A stretch of 64,000 bases of DNA from Pseudomonadota bacterium (GCA_039111475.1 JBCCIP010000010.1:62677-126676); one strand, 5' to 3'. Shown: positions 28,211 to 38,870, counted from the first letter of the stretch. The notes: a model not told the origin generated them from the sequence alone. Made by a program: numbers and translations.

Positions 28211-29434
28211 ATGAGCCCACGGAAAGAACACCGACTGCGCTATTTTGAGCAATCAAGCGGTCAGCAACACATCGCGGCCGAAGACAAGTATTTATACCAA
28301 CAGCCACCAACCCAGTTGAATATCGCCGTTATTGGCACTGGAACGATGGGCGTTGAGCACATCCGTATCGCGTGTTTGGCCGGTCGCGCCAGAATCATAG
28401 GCGTGTACGACCCGCATTCTCCCAGCATAGAGATGGCACGCGCCGAGCTTACTCAGCTGAACGCCGAGCCGGCTAAGGAGTATGCCAGCCTTGATGAGGC
28501 AGTGCGTGACGACAAGGTTGACGCTTATATTATTTGCACACCTAATTACACGCACAAGCAGGTAGTTGAGCAGGTCTTGCAGGCAGGCAAACCCATTCTG
28601 TTAGAAAAGCCAATGGCCACTACCGTGGATGACGCATCCGAAATTGTTCGCATGGCTCAAAAGCACAAGTCTGCATTACAAATAGGCCTGCAATATCGTT
28701 ATAAACCTATTTACCAAGAGAGTATTCAAGAAGCCTTGCACAGAGCCACCATTGGTAATGTTTGTACGGTCAACATCAGCGAGCATCGACCGCCGTTTCT
28801 CGACAAGGTGGGTCAGTGGAATAAATTTTCGCAGTATTCCGGTGGCACGCTGGTAGAAAAGTGTTGCCACTATTTCGACTTGATGAACTTGTTTGCAGGT
28901 TCAAATCCCAAGCGAGTCTACGCCAGTGGTGGGCAAGCCGTTAATTTCAGCGAGTTTCAATACAAGGGCCAGAAGTCAGATATCGCTGACCATGCATTTG
29001 TCACGGTTGACTATGAAAACGGGGCAACCGCTGGTTTCAATTTAAATATGTTCAGTCCCAGCTTCACCGAAGAACTGACCGTGGTAGGCGACCGCGGTAG
29101 GATAACAGCGAGCGAAAAGTTCGATTACCTGGACAACGCAAAGCTGGAGCAGTACGTAGACGTTCAATTGGGTGAGCATGGCGCGTCACGTTTGATTGAG
29201 CCTCGATATCCGGACTTTATCGCCAAAAGCGGTCACCAGGGCTCGTCCTATTTCGCGCACCAACAATTTCTGGATGAAATAGCTGGCATCAATTCCCCAG
29301 TTGCTGATGTATACGATGGGTTTTGGTCCATTGTGGTTGGCGTCGCCGCCGAGCGTTCTATGAGTTGTGCAGCACCTGTGGAAATAAGCGCGTTACTGGA
29401 TGAGTACCAGTGCAAGGACCTGATCGTTGACTGA
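28211..29434 (+). CDS. Gfo/Idh/MocA family NAD(P)-dependent oxidoreductase.
   Basis: N-terminal Rossmann IAVIGTGTMGVEHI and the characteristic EKP motif (LLEKPMA). Confidence 0.85.
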   Translation: MSPRKEHRLRYFEQSSGQQHIAAEDKYLYQQPPTQLNIAVIGTGTMGVEHIRIACLAGRARIIGVYDPHSPSIEMARAELTQLNAEPAKEYASLDEAVRDDKVDAYIICTPNYTHKQVVEQVLQAGKPILLEKPMATTVDDASEIVRMAQKHKSALQIGLQYRYKPIYQESIQEALHRATIGNVCTVNISEHRPPFLDKVGQWNKFSQYSGGTLVEKCCHYFDLMNLFAGSNPKRVYASGGQAVNFSEFQYKGQKSDIADHAFVTVDYENGATAGFNLNMFSPSFTEELTVVGDRGRITASEKFDYLDNAKLEQYVDVQLGEHGASRLIEPRYPDFIAKSGHQGSSYFAHQQFLDEIAGINSPVADVYDGFWSIVVGVAAERSMSCAAPVEISALLDEYQCKDLIVD

Positions 29435-31163
29435 TACCGATTTGCTTATCACGCTGCTTACCTGCGTCATGCTGATGGCTCTGGTGGGCTGGGTGTCGTA
29501 CGCCAAGACCAAAGGCTCAGTGGATGATAAAGACGGGTATTTTCTCGCAGGCCGAGGCTTAACAGGCACCTTTATTGCAGGCTCTATGTTGCTGACCAAC
29601 CTGTCGGCAGAGCAACTCATCGGTCTCAATGGCTCAGCCTATGGGTACAACTTATCGAGCATGGCCTGGGAGGTTACCGCGGGCTTCGCCACACTAATTA
29701 TGGCGCTGGTATTCTTGCCGCGGTATTTGGCGGGCGCATTCACTACCTTACCCGAATTTCTCAGTGAGCGTTTTGATGATGACGTGCGTCGCGCCACAGC
29801 GGCATTGTTTTTACTGGGGTATGGATTAATTACGATCCCGTCGGTTTTATACTCTGGCGCGCTGGCGGTTCTACGCTTGTTCAATGTGCCGGAGATGCTG
29901 TCAATTGGTCATTCGGAGTCGTTGTTGGTTACCATTCTGGTGATTGGTATGGTCGGCGGCGTTTATGCGGTATTTGGTGGCCTACGTGCGGTAGCGGTGT
30001 CCGACACCTTGAACGGAGCGGGCATGCTTATCATAGGCATCCTGGTGCCATTGTTCGGATTTGCGGCCCTGGGTGACGGCAGTGTTTTGGAGGGTATAAA
30101 AACCCTTACCAGCACCCATAAGGAAAAACTTAACGCCATTGGCACACCGAGTGACCCCACGCCATTTGCGACCATTTTTACTGGCATGATCTTTGCCAAC
30201 CTGTTTTATTGGGGTACCAATCAATACGTTATTCAACGCACCTTGGGCGCAAAGAATCTGGCCGAAGGTCAAAAAGGCGTGATATTGACTGGGTTTCTAA
30301 AGTTAATCGTTCCTTTTCTGATGATGATTCCAGGCGTCATCGCTTTCCATTTGTACGGTCCGGAACTTGCCACTATTGATTTGGCGTATCCGCATTTAGT
30401 GGCTAACGTGATGCCTGTGTATCTGTCAGGCTTTTTCTTGGCGGTGTTATTAGGGGCCGTTTTTAGTTCGTTCAACTCCTTGCTGAACAGCGCCGCCACC
30501 TTGTTTGTGCTTGATATCTACGCGCCGATGAAAAAGAAAGTCATCGATGATCAAACCCTGATTTCGTTGGCGAAGAAAGCCAGTATTGTCATTGCTTTGT
30601 TTTCATTTGTTGCCGCACCGATGTTGCAATACGCGCCGCAGGGCTTGTGGCAAATCATCCGAATATTCACTGGCTTCTACAACATTCCAATCATCGCCAT
30701 TGTGCTGGTCGGTTTGTTTGCACGGCATGTGCCCGCGCAAGCGGCCAAGATTGCGATGGTCTTTCATCTTGTGGCCTACAGTGTTTATCAGCTGTTTGAT
30801 GACGTAATCACCATCCACTTTATCCATATTTACGCCATATTGTTTGTATTGGAGGTGTCGATCATGCTGTTTATTGGGTGGCGTAAACCGAAAGCAACAT
30901 CTTGGCAGGCCAGCAATCGTCGAGCGGTCGATCTGACTCCCTGGCGCTTCGCCTTGCCATCGGCCATATTGTTGTTGGCCAGCATTGCCCAGCTCTACTT
31001 ATTGTTCTCGCCACTCGGCTTGGCGGGTGAAATGGGCAGCGGTTTTTGGATTGCCAGTGCGCTACTGTCCGTGCTGACTGTTGTGCTGTTTTATCTTGCG
31101 CTCACCCGGTGGAATCGTCGATACGAGAATCAACTGGAAAAAATTCATCTAGGAGAATCATGA
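29427..31163 (+). CDS. Sodium:solute symporter (SSS) family transporter.
   Basis: About 13 predicted TM helices and SSS-like conserved stretches (FLAGRGL, GTNQYVIQR). TTG start overlaps the upstream stop. Confidence 0.8.
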   Translation: MTDTDLLITLLTCVMLMALVGWVSYAKTKGSVDDKDGYFLAGRGLTGTFIAGSMLLTNLSAEQLIGLNGSAYGYNLSSMAWEVTAGFATLIMALVFLPRYLAGAFTTLPEFLSERFDDDVRRATAALFLLGYGLITIPSVLYSGALAVLRLFNVPEMLSIGHSESLLVTILVIGMVGGVYAVFGGLRAVAVSDTLNGAGMLIIGILVPLFGFAALGDGSVLEGIKTLTSTHKEKLNAIGTPSDPTPFATIFTGMIFANLFYWGTNQYVIQRTLGAKNLAEGQKGVILTGFLKLIVPFLMMIPGVIAFHLYGPELATIDLAYPHLVANVMPVYLSGFFLAVLLGAVFSSFNSLLNSAATLFVLDIYAPMKKKVIDDQTLISLAKKASIVIALFSFVAAPMLQYAPQGLWQIIRIFTGFYNIPIIAIVLVGLFARHVPAQAAKIAMVFHLVAYSVYQLFDDVITIHFIHIYAILFVLEVSIMLFIGWRKPKATSWQASNRRAVDLTPWRFALPSAILLLASIAQLYLLFSPLGLAGEMGSGFWIASALLSVLTVVLFYLALTRWNRRYENQLEKIHLGES

Positions 31164-32137
31164 ACAACATTGAATTGTCGAAAGGCACATCGCTGCCGCA
31201 GGTTGGTTTGGGTTTCTGGAAAGTCTCTCCAGAAGACGCTGCGCAAACGGTCATAGCGGCAATTGACGCTGGTTATCGCCACCTGGATAGTGCCGCTGAC
31301 TACGGAAACGAAGCCGCGGTTGGTGAGGGCATTGTGCAAGCAATCCGTGCCGGACAGTGCAGCAGAGAAGAGCTATGGGTCACGTCCAAGCTTTGGAATA
31401 CTGACCATAAAGCCGAGCATGTCCGACCGGCGCTTGAAAGAACCCTGCGTGATCTGCAACTGGATTATCTCGACCTTTATATGATTCATTTCCCTATTGC
31501 GCTGGAATATGTAGACCCGGCACAGCGTTATCCGGCCGAGTGGTTTTTTGAACCGTCCGACCCAAAGCCAGCGATGAAGCCGGCCAAAGTGCCCATTTAC
31601 GAAACCTGGCGTGCCATGGAAGAACTGGTGGATGCCGGTTTGGTAAAACACATTGGCGTCTGCAATTTTGGTGTCAGTTTACTGCGTGATCTGCTCAACT
31701 ACGCGCGCATTCCACCAGCCGTATTGCAAGTAGAGTTGCATCCGCGATTATCGCAACAAAAACTGCTGCGGTTTTGTGCTGACAACGACATAGGTGTTAC
31801 AGGCTTCTCACCACTCGGTGCTCTGTCCTATGTGGACATCGACATGGCGCAACGTGATGATTCTGTATTGGAATTGGAAGTCATCCGCACTATCGCCAGC
31901 AGAGCGCAGCGCAGTCCAGCCCAAGTTGTGTTGCGTTGGGCGATTCAGCGCGGCACGGCGATTATCCCTAAAACGACGCGCCCTGAACGCTTACGGGAAA
32001 ACCTGGCGCTGTTCGATTTTGAGCTCAGCGAGGAAGAGATGAAGGCCATTGATTCCCTAAATGAAGACAGACGCTTTAATGACCCCGGTCACTTTTGTGA
32101 GGCCGCGTTCAATACTTTCTTTCCAATCTACGAGTAA
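31160..32137 (+). CDS. Aldo/keto reductase (AKR) family oxidoreductase.
   Basis: AKR motifs (GLGFWK, YRHLDSAADYGNE, IGVCNF). AGGAG Shine-Dalgarno, and the ATG overlaps the upstream stop (ATGA). Confidence 0.85.
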   Translation: MNNIELSKGTSLPQVGLGFWKVSPEDAAQTVIAAIDAGYRHLDSAADYGNEAAVGEGIVQAIRAGQCSREELWVTSKLWNTDHKAEHVRPALERTLRDLQLDYLDLYMIHFPIALEYVDPAQRYPAEWFFEPSDPKPAMKPAKVPIYETWRAMEELVDAGLVKHIGVCNFGVSLLRDLLNYARIPPAVLQVELHPRLSQQKLLRFCADNDIGVTGFSPLGALSYVDIDMAQRDDSVLELEVIRTIASRAQRSPAQVVLRWAIQRGTAIIPKTTRPERLRENLALFDFELSEEEMKAIDSLNEDRRFNDPGHFCEAAFNTFFPIYE

Positions 32138-32145
32138 GTGACACT

Positions 32146-33156
32146 ATGAACTCATCATCTGCCCCCGCTTTTGTAGATTGTGCTGGAATAGAGACGGCAT
32201 TGCCCGCTACTGCCACGGTGTTCAATTACGATGACTTGCAGTTTCCACTCATCATCGAGAAGCAAGGCAGTGGCGCCGCCAGTCATGACGCCTTGCAACA
32301 ATGGATTGACACTAATTCCGAACAAATTGAATGGCATCACGACCAGGTCGGCGCAGTGTTGTTTCGCAATTTTGATCTGTTTTCCAGCGACGATTTCGAT
32401 CGATTCATTAGAGCCTTCGATCTACCAAACTTCACCTACAAGGAATCGCTGTCAAACGCAGTGCGCGTAAATCGTACAGAACGTGTGTTTACTGCAAACG
32501 AGGCGCCGCCAGACGTGAACATTGTGATGCACCACGAAATGGCTCAAACGCCCATTTACCCCAGTCGCCTATTGTTTTTCTGCGAAAAAGCAGCTGAGAT
32601 TGATGGCGCCACACCGCTTTGCCGTTCGGACGTCTTGTTACAACGACTGGAGGAACAAGAGCCAGAATTGGTGCGAAATTGCGAAGCCCATGGTTTGAAA
32701 TACTCCTCTGAAATGCCCGCCGATTCGGACGAATCTTCCGGCCAAGGTCGCTCATGGTCGAGTACGCTTGGGGTCAGCAATATGAAGGAAGCCGAGCGCA
32801 AGCTGGCAGATCTTGGTTACGATTGGGCCTGGATTGACGGCGATTGCTTACGTGTAACCACACCGGTGTTGCCAGCCATTCGCGAATTAGACAGTGGCCG
32901 CCGCACTTTCTTTAACCAGCTTATTTCGGCGGCGTACGGCTGGAAACCGGTCAACGGAAAACCAGCTGTGTGTTACGGCAATGGGGCGGCTATTCCTGAC
33001 GGCTCGCTCAAGGCCATCGCCGACTGCGTTGAAGCGCTCAGTTTCGATTTGGATTGGCAACAAGGCGACGTTGCGTTGATCAACAACTTCCTGGTGATGC
33101 ATGGACGTCGCTCATTTCAGGGAACTCGCCGAGTTTTGGCTTCTTTGGTTGCGTAA
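32146..33156 (+). CDS. TauD/TfdA-like Fe(II)/2-oxoglutarate dioxygenase (clavaminate-synthase-like fold).
   Basis: HHE...H arrangement (MHHEMAQ ... FLVMHGR) and a size of about 336 aa. Confidence 0.6.
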   Translation: MNSSSAPAFVDCAGIETALPATATVFNYDDLQFPLIIEKQGSGAASHDALQQWIDTNSEQIEWHHDQVGAVLFRNFDLFSSDDFDRFIRAFDLPNFTYKESLSNAVRVNRTERVFTANEAPPDVNIVMHHEMAQTPIYPSRLLFFCEKAAEIDGATPLCRSDVLLQRLEEQEPELVRNCEAHGLKYSSEMPADSDESSGQGRSWSSTLGVSNMKEAERKLADLGYDWAWIDGDCLRVTTPVLPAIRELDSGRRTFFNQLISAAYGWKPVNGKPAVCYGNGAAIPDGSLKAIADCVEALSFDLDWQQGDVALINNFLVMHGRRSFQGTRRVLASLVA

Positions 33157-33225
33157 GGTGTTGCCAGGTCTTAGTGAGACGGGGTTACAAAAGTAGGTAT
33201 TAACAACCGCTAATCATCCGAATGG

Positions 33226-34155
33226 CTATCGCAAAAACGCCGTGTGCTCCAACAGCCAATCCCTCACTAATTGAATTTCCGGGCTAGCTTGCAAGCGCTC
33301 ATTTGGAATGAGCAAATAGTGTTTTCGGTCAATAGCAAAACTTTCCTGCAGCGGACGTACTAAATGCCCTAGTGCCAGCTGTTCATGGACAAGGTGCAGC
33401 CAGCCTATGGCAACACCAACCCCACTGATTGCCGACTGCACCAGCAGAGAATAGTTATCCAATGAGTAGCCGCCTTCTTTTACGGCTTCCGTACAACCCA
33501 GTTCTCTGGCCAACGTTTGCCAGTTAATAGGGCCCCAGCTTAGGTCGCGCCAATGCGAGTCTCGTAGGTGTATCAGCTGTTGACTGGCAATGGCATCGGG
33601 ATCGGTGAATTCTGGGTGCTGCTCCAAATAGGCAGCGCTGCACACTGGAAATACTTCTTCCGAAAACAAAAAGTCGGCATGAATACTGGGCTGAGGTTCA
33701 TGGCCTAACACGATGGCCATATCGGCCGAATCGAGTAAGCTTGTGGGGTTTTGCTCGGTGGTGAGTATGTTCAGTTCTATGTTGGGGTACAGGGTTTGCA
33801 GCGAAGACAACTTTGACGCCATAAACTGGGTGGCAAACGCAAGGCGCATTGCCACCGACACCCGGTGTCCTGCTTCCGAAGATTTAAGCCGATCAGCTGT
33901 ATCGGCAATATAACTCAGGCCCATGGAAACGGCTTTAGAAAACTGCTGTCCGGCATCGGTTAGCGAGACAGAACGCCCTTTGCGATTGAATAGCTTTTGG
34001 CCCAGGTATTCTTCCAGCAGATTCACCTGTTTACTGACGGCAGCCTGCGTAACACACAACTCGTCGGCCGCTTTTGAGAAACTCAGATGGCGGGCGGCGG
34101 CTTCAAACGGCTTAAGGCTGCTCATGGGTGGCAGGCGACTATGGGTAGTTTTCAT
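33226..34155 (-). CDS. LysR family transcriptional regulator.
   Basis: HTH FSKAADELCVTQAAVSKQVNLLE. Divergent from the dapA-like operon. Confidence 0.85.
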   Translation of the reverse strand: MKTTHSRLPPMSSLKPFEAAARHLSFSKAADELCVTQAAVSKQVNLLEEYLGQKLFNRKGRSVSLTDAGQQFSKAVSMGLSYIADTADRLKSSEAGHRVSVAMRLAFATQFMASKLSSLQTLYPNIELNILTTEQNPTSLLDSADMAIVLGHEPQPSIHADFLFSEEVFPVCSAAYLEQHPEFTDPDAIASQQLIHLRDSHWRDLSWGPINWQTLARELGCTEAVKEGGYSLDNYSLLVQSAISGVGVAIGWLHLVHEQLALGHLVRPLQESFAIDRKHYLLIPNERLQASPEIQLVRDWLLEHTAFLR

Positions 34156-34308
34156 GGTGAGATGTTACTGTAAAGGTTGACGTTTTAGTATTACTTCAAG
34201 TTATATCATGATGGAGCAAATGTTGTTGGATTTTTTCGGTTCGCAGGCGTACCTTAAGATATATATAAAAAGAGGTCTCGAGCATGAGGCAAATCACGAG
34301 TAAGCCGG

Positions 34309-35271
34309 ATGAGTAAGCTGAAGGGCATTTTCGGAGCAATGTGTACTCCCTTCGACACCAGCGGCGAACACATTGATGACGCGCGCTACACAGAACACAT
34401 TGATGAGCTGATTGAGGCGGGGCTGCACGGGCTTGTTCTTTGCTCCGGTACTGGTGAGTACGCCTATCTGCGCGAAGAAGAAAAAGCACATTTAATAGAG
34501 CTGGGTGCGCGCCACGTGAATGGTCGCGTTCCTACCATTGCGCAAACCACAGCACTCAGTACCGCCGATTGCATTGAGAAATCTCGCCGCGCCCAAGACG
34601 CTGGAGCCAGTGCCGTGATGGTGTTGCCGCCGTATCTGGAAGCACCGGGTGAGCGCGGTATTATCTATCACTACGAAGCGATTGCTAAGGCCATCAGCAT
34701 ACCGGTGGTGATGTACAACGTACCCGAGCAGTCTTGCGTCACTATTACGCCTCAGTTGTATCGCAAGTTACTGGCCATCGAAAACCTGGACTACATCAAA
34801 GACAGCTCAGCTGACTTCACTGCTGTTCAACAACTGATTGAGGTGGGTGGCGGCGTGCTCTGTGGCATTGATGCCCTGGCGCCATATTCTTTAATGGCGG
34901 GTTGCTGTGGAATGATCTGGGGCGCTGCCAACTTCATGCCGCATGAATGCGCGCGGCTATACGATCTGGTGGCTGAAGGCAATCAGTCGGAAGCCTTGGA
35001 ATTGTGGCAAACCATGCTTGCCATTTCGCTGTGGTTTGGCGCCAATCCGCACGGCGTGGACTATTTAACCGGCGTGAAAGCTGCTGCGCGCTTAACCGGG
35101 CGCGATATGGGGCCGTGTCGCAGACCATTGCCGCCGGTACCAGGCCCAGCGCGCCAGGCCATGCGTTTAGCCTTGGCCAAGCTTCCCATTAACGCACCAG
35201 GAAACGAGCGCTTGGTATGGCGTGATTGGGAAGAAGAGCGTGACTGGCTTGTTCAGTCGTATAGAAAGTAA
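34309..35271 (+). CDS. Dihydrodipicolinate synthase/N-acetylneuraminate lyase (DapA) family enzyme. May be a pyrroline-hydroxy-carboxylate deaminase or KDG-aldolase-type enzyme.
   Basis: DapA-family pattern (GLVLCSGTGEYAYL, VMVLPPYL). Confidence 0.8.
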   Translation: MSKLKGIFGAMCTPFDTSGEHIDDARYTEHIDELIEAGLHGLVLCSGTGEYAYLREEEKAHLIELGARHVNGRVPTIAQTTALSTADCIEKSRRAQDAGASAVMVLPPYLEAPGERGIIYHYEAIAKAISIPVVMYNVPEQSCVTITPQLYRKLLAIENLDYIKDSSADFTAVQQLIEVGGGVLCGIDALAPYSLMAGCCGMIWGAANFMPHECARLYDLVAEGNQSEALELWQTMLAISLWFGANPHGVDYLTGVKAAARLTGRDMGPCRRPLPPVPGPARQAMRLALAKLPINAPGNERLVWRDWEEERDWLVQSYRK

Positions 35272-35301
35272 CGCACAGAGATTGACCCGCAGGCAACGAC
35301 T

Positions 35302-36780
35302 ATGAACAACACAACACCTTTGCCCATTAAATTGTCCACACAATGCGTGATAGGTGGCCGCAGCGTGGATGCGCAAAGTGCCGATACTTTCGACACCATC
35401 AACCCGGCTACCGGGGAAGTTCTGGCCAAAATCGCTCGTGGTGATTCTGCTGACGTAGATGCTGCGGTTGCAGCTGCCAGGCGCGCTTTCGACGAAGGTC
35501 CTTGGCCGCGTCTGGCTCCTGCCGAGCGCAAAGTTATTATGCAGCGATTTGCCACTTTGCTTGAAGCCAACCTGGACGAACTAGCGATGATGGAAGCGTT
35601 GGAAGCGGGTAAGCCGATTACCGACTGCATGGAAATTGATTTGCCAGACACCATCAACACGCTGCGTTGGCATGCGGAGGCTGCAGACAAAATTTATGAC
35701 CAGGTATCGCCGTCGTCACCGGGCGTGGTGTCCATGATAGTGCGCGAGCCTATTGGCGTGGTTGGTGTAATTCTCCCCTGGAATTTTCCGCTTATGATGG
35801 CGGCATGGAAACTTGGGCCCATTCTTGCCAGCGGCTGTTGTGCTGTATTGAAACCGGCTGAGCAAACGTCGCTGTCCACTATTCGACTCGCTGAGATCGC
35901 AACGGAAGCAGGTATTCCCGATGGCGTAGTTAATGTGGTGCCAGGCTTTGGCGAAACCGCGGGACGCGCTATTGGCCTGCACAATGATGTGGATTGCGTT
36001 GGCTTTACCGGTTCAACAGAGACCGGCCGACTGTTCTTGAAGTACTCCGCCGATTCAAATTTGAAGCGCGTATTGCTGGAGTGTGGCGGAAAAAACCCGC
36101 TGATTGTAATGGCAGACGCGGAAGACCTGGACAGTGTGGCTGATCACGCCGCCAATTCCATCTTCTGGAACATGGGAGAGAATTGCTCGTCAAATTCTCG
36201 ATTGCTCGTGCACTCATCATTGAAAGATGAATTGATAGAACGACTTTTGGAAAGAACCCACGATTGGACTGTGGGTGACCCACTGGAGGCTGCGACTCGA
36301 ATAGGACCGCTCATTGAACAAGCGCACATGGACAAAGTGCTTGCTGCAATCAACACTGCGAAAGAGCAGGGGGCTACGTTGGTGTGCGGCGGCAACGCAG
36401 TTCGGGTAGACAGTGGTGGGTATTTTGTCGAGCCGACAATATTTGCTGATGTCACACCCGATATGGCATTAGCGCGCGAAGAGGTGTTTGGGCCAGTGTT
36501 GGCCATTCTCAGCTTCGACACACCGGAGCAGGCCATTGCTTTAGCGAATGACTCTGATTACGGGTTAGCCGCGTCAGTATTCACGGCTAATAATAAAACG
36601 GCACACAACGCAGCGCGCGCAATTCGTGCTGGAACCGTTGCGGTTAACTGCTACGGCGAAGGCGATGTGTCCACGCCTTTTGGGGGCTATAAACAGTCGG
36701 GGTTTGGTGGTCGCGACAAGTCACTTGCTGCACATGATCAGTACTGCGAATTGAAAACAATCTGGATCGATTTGTCGTAA
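35302..36780 (+). CDS. NAD(P)+-dependent aldehyde dehydrogenase.
   Basis: ALDH motifs (catalytic-Glu region LECGGKNP, Cys region GENCSSNSRL, GFTGSTETG). Confidence 0.9.
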   Translation: MNNTTPLPIKLSTQCVIGGRSVDAQSADTFDTINPATGEVLAKIARGDSADVDAAVAAARRAFDEGPWPRLAPAERKVIMQRFATLLEANLDELAMMEALEAGKPITDCMEIDLPDTINTLRWHAEAADKIYDQVSPSSPGVVSMIVREPIGVVGVILPWNFPLMMAAWKLGPILASGCCAVLKPAEQTSLSTIRLAEIATEAGIPDGVVNVVPGFGETAGRAIGLHNDVDCVGFTGSTETGRLFLKYSADSNLKRVLLECGGKNPLIVMADAEDLDSVADHAANSIFWNMGENCSSNSRLLVHSSLKDELIERLLERTHDWTVGDPLEAATRIGPLIEQAHMDKVLAAINTAKEQGATLVCGGNAVRVDSGGYFVEPTIFADVTPDMALAREEVFGPVLAILSFDTPEQAIALANDSDYGLAASVFTANNKTAHNAARAIRAGTVAVNCYGEGDVSTPFGGYKQSGFGGRDKSLAAHDQYCELKTIWIDLS

Positions 36781-36784
36781 CACG

Positions 36785-38101
36785 ATGAAACTGTCGATAC
36801 TTCCGCATAACGATAACAATAACGGTTGGCTGCGAATTCTGCCCGAGCTACCCTTGGCCAATGTGTTACGAGGCGAGCATTCTTTTGACGTAGCTATTGT
36901 CGGAGCAGGGTTTACTGGCTTGGCCGCCGCTCGCAGGCTGGGCGAGTTATGTCCAGATGAGCGCATCGCCCTGATTGACGCTGGAAGAATTGGCAACAAC
37001 GCCGCCGGTCGATGTTCGGGGTTTGCTATTGATCAGGCACACAATATTCGCGCGAAAAGCTTTGCTGATGAGCTGGCGAACGAACGATTTCAGCTGCAAC
37101 TCAATAGGCACGGTCAACAAGCGTTGCGTGATGCTGTTGAGCAACACGCCATTGATTGTGATTGGCAAGAAGCGGGCAAGATTCACGGCGCTGGTACTGT
37201 GAAAGGTCAGCAGCTGCTGCGTGATTTAAGCAAGAACATTGAAGCGCTGGGAAATTCCTGTGAGTTTTATGATGCCGAGAAAATGCAGAGTGTCACTGGC
37301 CTGAGATTTTATCGTGAGGGCTTGTATACGCCTGGTACACAGCAAATGCAACCAGCCGCGCTGGTGCGAGGCTTGGCAAAGACCTTACCTGAAAACGTTG
37401 CCGTGTATGAAGATAGCTTGATTACCGATGTGGAATACGGTGATTCACATCGCTTGATCAGTTCAGATGGTGAATTGCAGGCGAACACTCTGGTGCTGGC
37501 AAATAACAGTTTTGCAGCGGCGTTTGGCTTTTATGAAAAACATCTGATACCGCTGCCCACGTTTGCCAGCATGACGCGTGAACTAACAGCTTCTGAATTA
37601 GATACTTTGGGTGGTGAACAAAGCTGGGGCATTGTGCCGGCGCACCCTTTCGGGTCAACGGTGAGAAGGTTAAACAGCAATCGCTTATTGGTTCGCAATA
37701 TCTACGCCTACTCGCATAAGCACAACCCCACCGAGTCGCAGCGGCAGTGGGCCAGAGGAAAACACATTAAGTCATTCAAAGATCGTTTTCCCATGTTGGA
37801 TAAGGTGGAGTTTGAATACAGTTGGGGCGGTACATTGTGTTTGTCCGATAACGGTAAGCCGGTCTTTGGTGAAGTAGCACCCAGAGTTTTTGCCTCACTC
37901 TGCCACCAGGGTGTTGGTATTGCCAGAGGCACCAGTTGTGGAAAGCTCATTGCCGAAGAAGTGGCAGGCGAAGAGTCTGATCTTCTGAGTGCAATGCGTG
38001 CAGAGGGCAGACCGAACAAGAGTTTTCCTAGCTGGATGATGCGCATAGGTGCGCCGCTGAATCTTGCCAATCGACGCCGAATGGCCGGCGGGGAGTTGTA
38101 G
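36785..38101 (+). CDS. FAD-dependent oxidoreductase of the DAO family (D-amino-acid / sarcosine / N-methyl-amino-acid oxidase-like).
   Basis: N-terminal GxGxxG dinucleotide fold (VAIVGAGFTGLAAA) and a length of about 438 aa. Confidence 0.8.
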   Translation: MKLSILPHNDNNNGWLRILPELPLANVLRGEHSFDVAIVGAGFTGLAAARRLGELCPDERIALIDAGRIGNNAAGRCSGFAIDQAHNIRAKSFADELANERFQLQLNRHGQQALRDAVEQHAIDCDWQEAGKIHGAGTVKGQQLLRDLSKNIEALGNSCEFYDAEKMQSVTGLRFYREGLYTPGTQQMQPAALVRGLAKTLPENVAVYEDSLITDVEYGDSHRLISSDGELQANTLVLANNSFAAAFGFYEKHLIPLPTFASMTRELTASELDTLGGEQSWGIVPAHPFGSTVRRLNSNRLLVRNIYAYSHKHNPTESQRQWARGKHIKSFKDRFPMLDKVEFEYSWGGTLCLSDNGKPVFGEVAPRVFASLCHQGVGIARGTSCGKLIAEEVAGEESDLLSAMRAEGRPNKSFPSWMMRIGAPLNLANRRRMAGGEL

Positions 38102-38102
38102 C

Positions 38103-38870
38103 ATGGCAACGTTGGCATTGTCTGATAAAACGGTAGTAATCACCGGTGCAACGTCCGGTATTGGCGCTGCAACCGCACGCGTGATGGCAGCTCAAGGCGC
38201 GCGTTTGCTGCTACTTGGTCGAAATGCAGAGCGCGCTAAGCGTGTGCAAAAAACCGTTGTTGACGAGGGTGGTGTTGCGGAAACCTTCATTGGAGATGTG
38301 AGCGAATCAACGACTGCGGAGGCAGCGGTTAAGCAAGCGCTGCAGAGTTTTGGCCATCTAAATGCGTTGGTAAACGCAGCCGGTGTCATTTATCGAGGCA
38401 ATGCCGTACAGACCAGCGACCAGCAATGGCGCGACAGTATGTCTGCCAATGTGGATGGCAGTTTTTTCATGTCTCGTGCTGCGGTGAGCGCAATGAAGCA
38501 TGGCGGCAGTATCGTCAATATTGCCTCTACCTGCGGCTTGGTCGGGGCCAAAGATCTTACCGCGTACTGCGTCAGCAAGGGAGCGATTGTGCAACTCACG
38601 CGCGCAATGGCGCTGGATCACGCTGATGAAAACATTCGAGTGAACTCAGTTTGCCCGGGGGCAATTGACACGCCCATGTTGGTATCAGGTCACGAGCGCA
38701 GCGGTGCTTCCGCCGAGCAAGTACTAGCAAACAATTTAGCGGAGATTCCTCAGGGGCGCATACCTGGCCCGGAAGAGGTTGCCGAATTGATTGCGTTTCT
38801 CTGCAGTGATGTCAGTTCTCATATTACCGGCACCAACATACCGATTGATGGCGGGTACACAGCGCAATGA
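38103..38870 (+). CDS. SDR family oxidoreductase.
   Basis: TGATSGIGAATA motif, NAAG, and catalytic YCVSK. The ATG overlaps the upstream stop. Confidence 0.85.
   Translation: MATLALSDKTVVITGATSGIGAATARVMAAQGARLLLLGRNAERAKRVQKTVVDEGGVAETFIGDVSESTTAEAAVKQALQSFGHLNALVNAAGVIYRGNAVQTSDQQWRDSMSANVDGSFFMSRAAVSAMKHGGSIVNIASTCGLVGAKDLTAYCVSKGAIVQLTRAMALDHADENIRVNSVCPGAIDTPMLVSGHERSGASAEQVLANNLAEIPQGRIPGPEEVAELIAFLCSDVSSHITGTNIPIDGGYTAQ

Noticed and set aside
28895-28915. T-loop-like motif AGGTTCAAATCC suggestive of a tRNA.
   Set aside because: It lies inside the Gfo/Idh/MocA coding sequence and has no surrounding cloverleaf complementarity. No tRNA-like structure was found in any intergenic region.
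31046-31159. Long N-terminal extension of the aldo-keto reductase ORF, overlapping the SSS transporter by 118 nt.
   Set aside because: The AKR family N-terminus begins at MNNIELSKG, which is preceded by AGGAG. The ATG at 31160 overlaps the transporter stop (ATGA), which is typical translational coupling.
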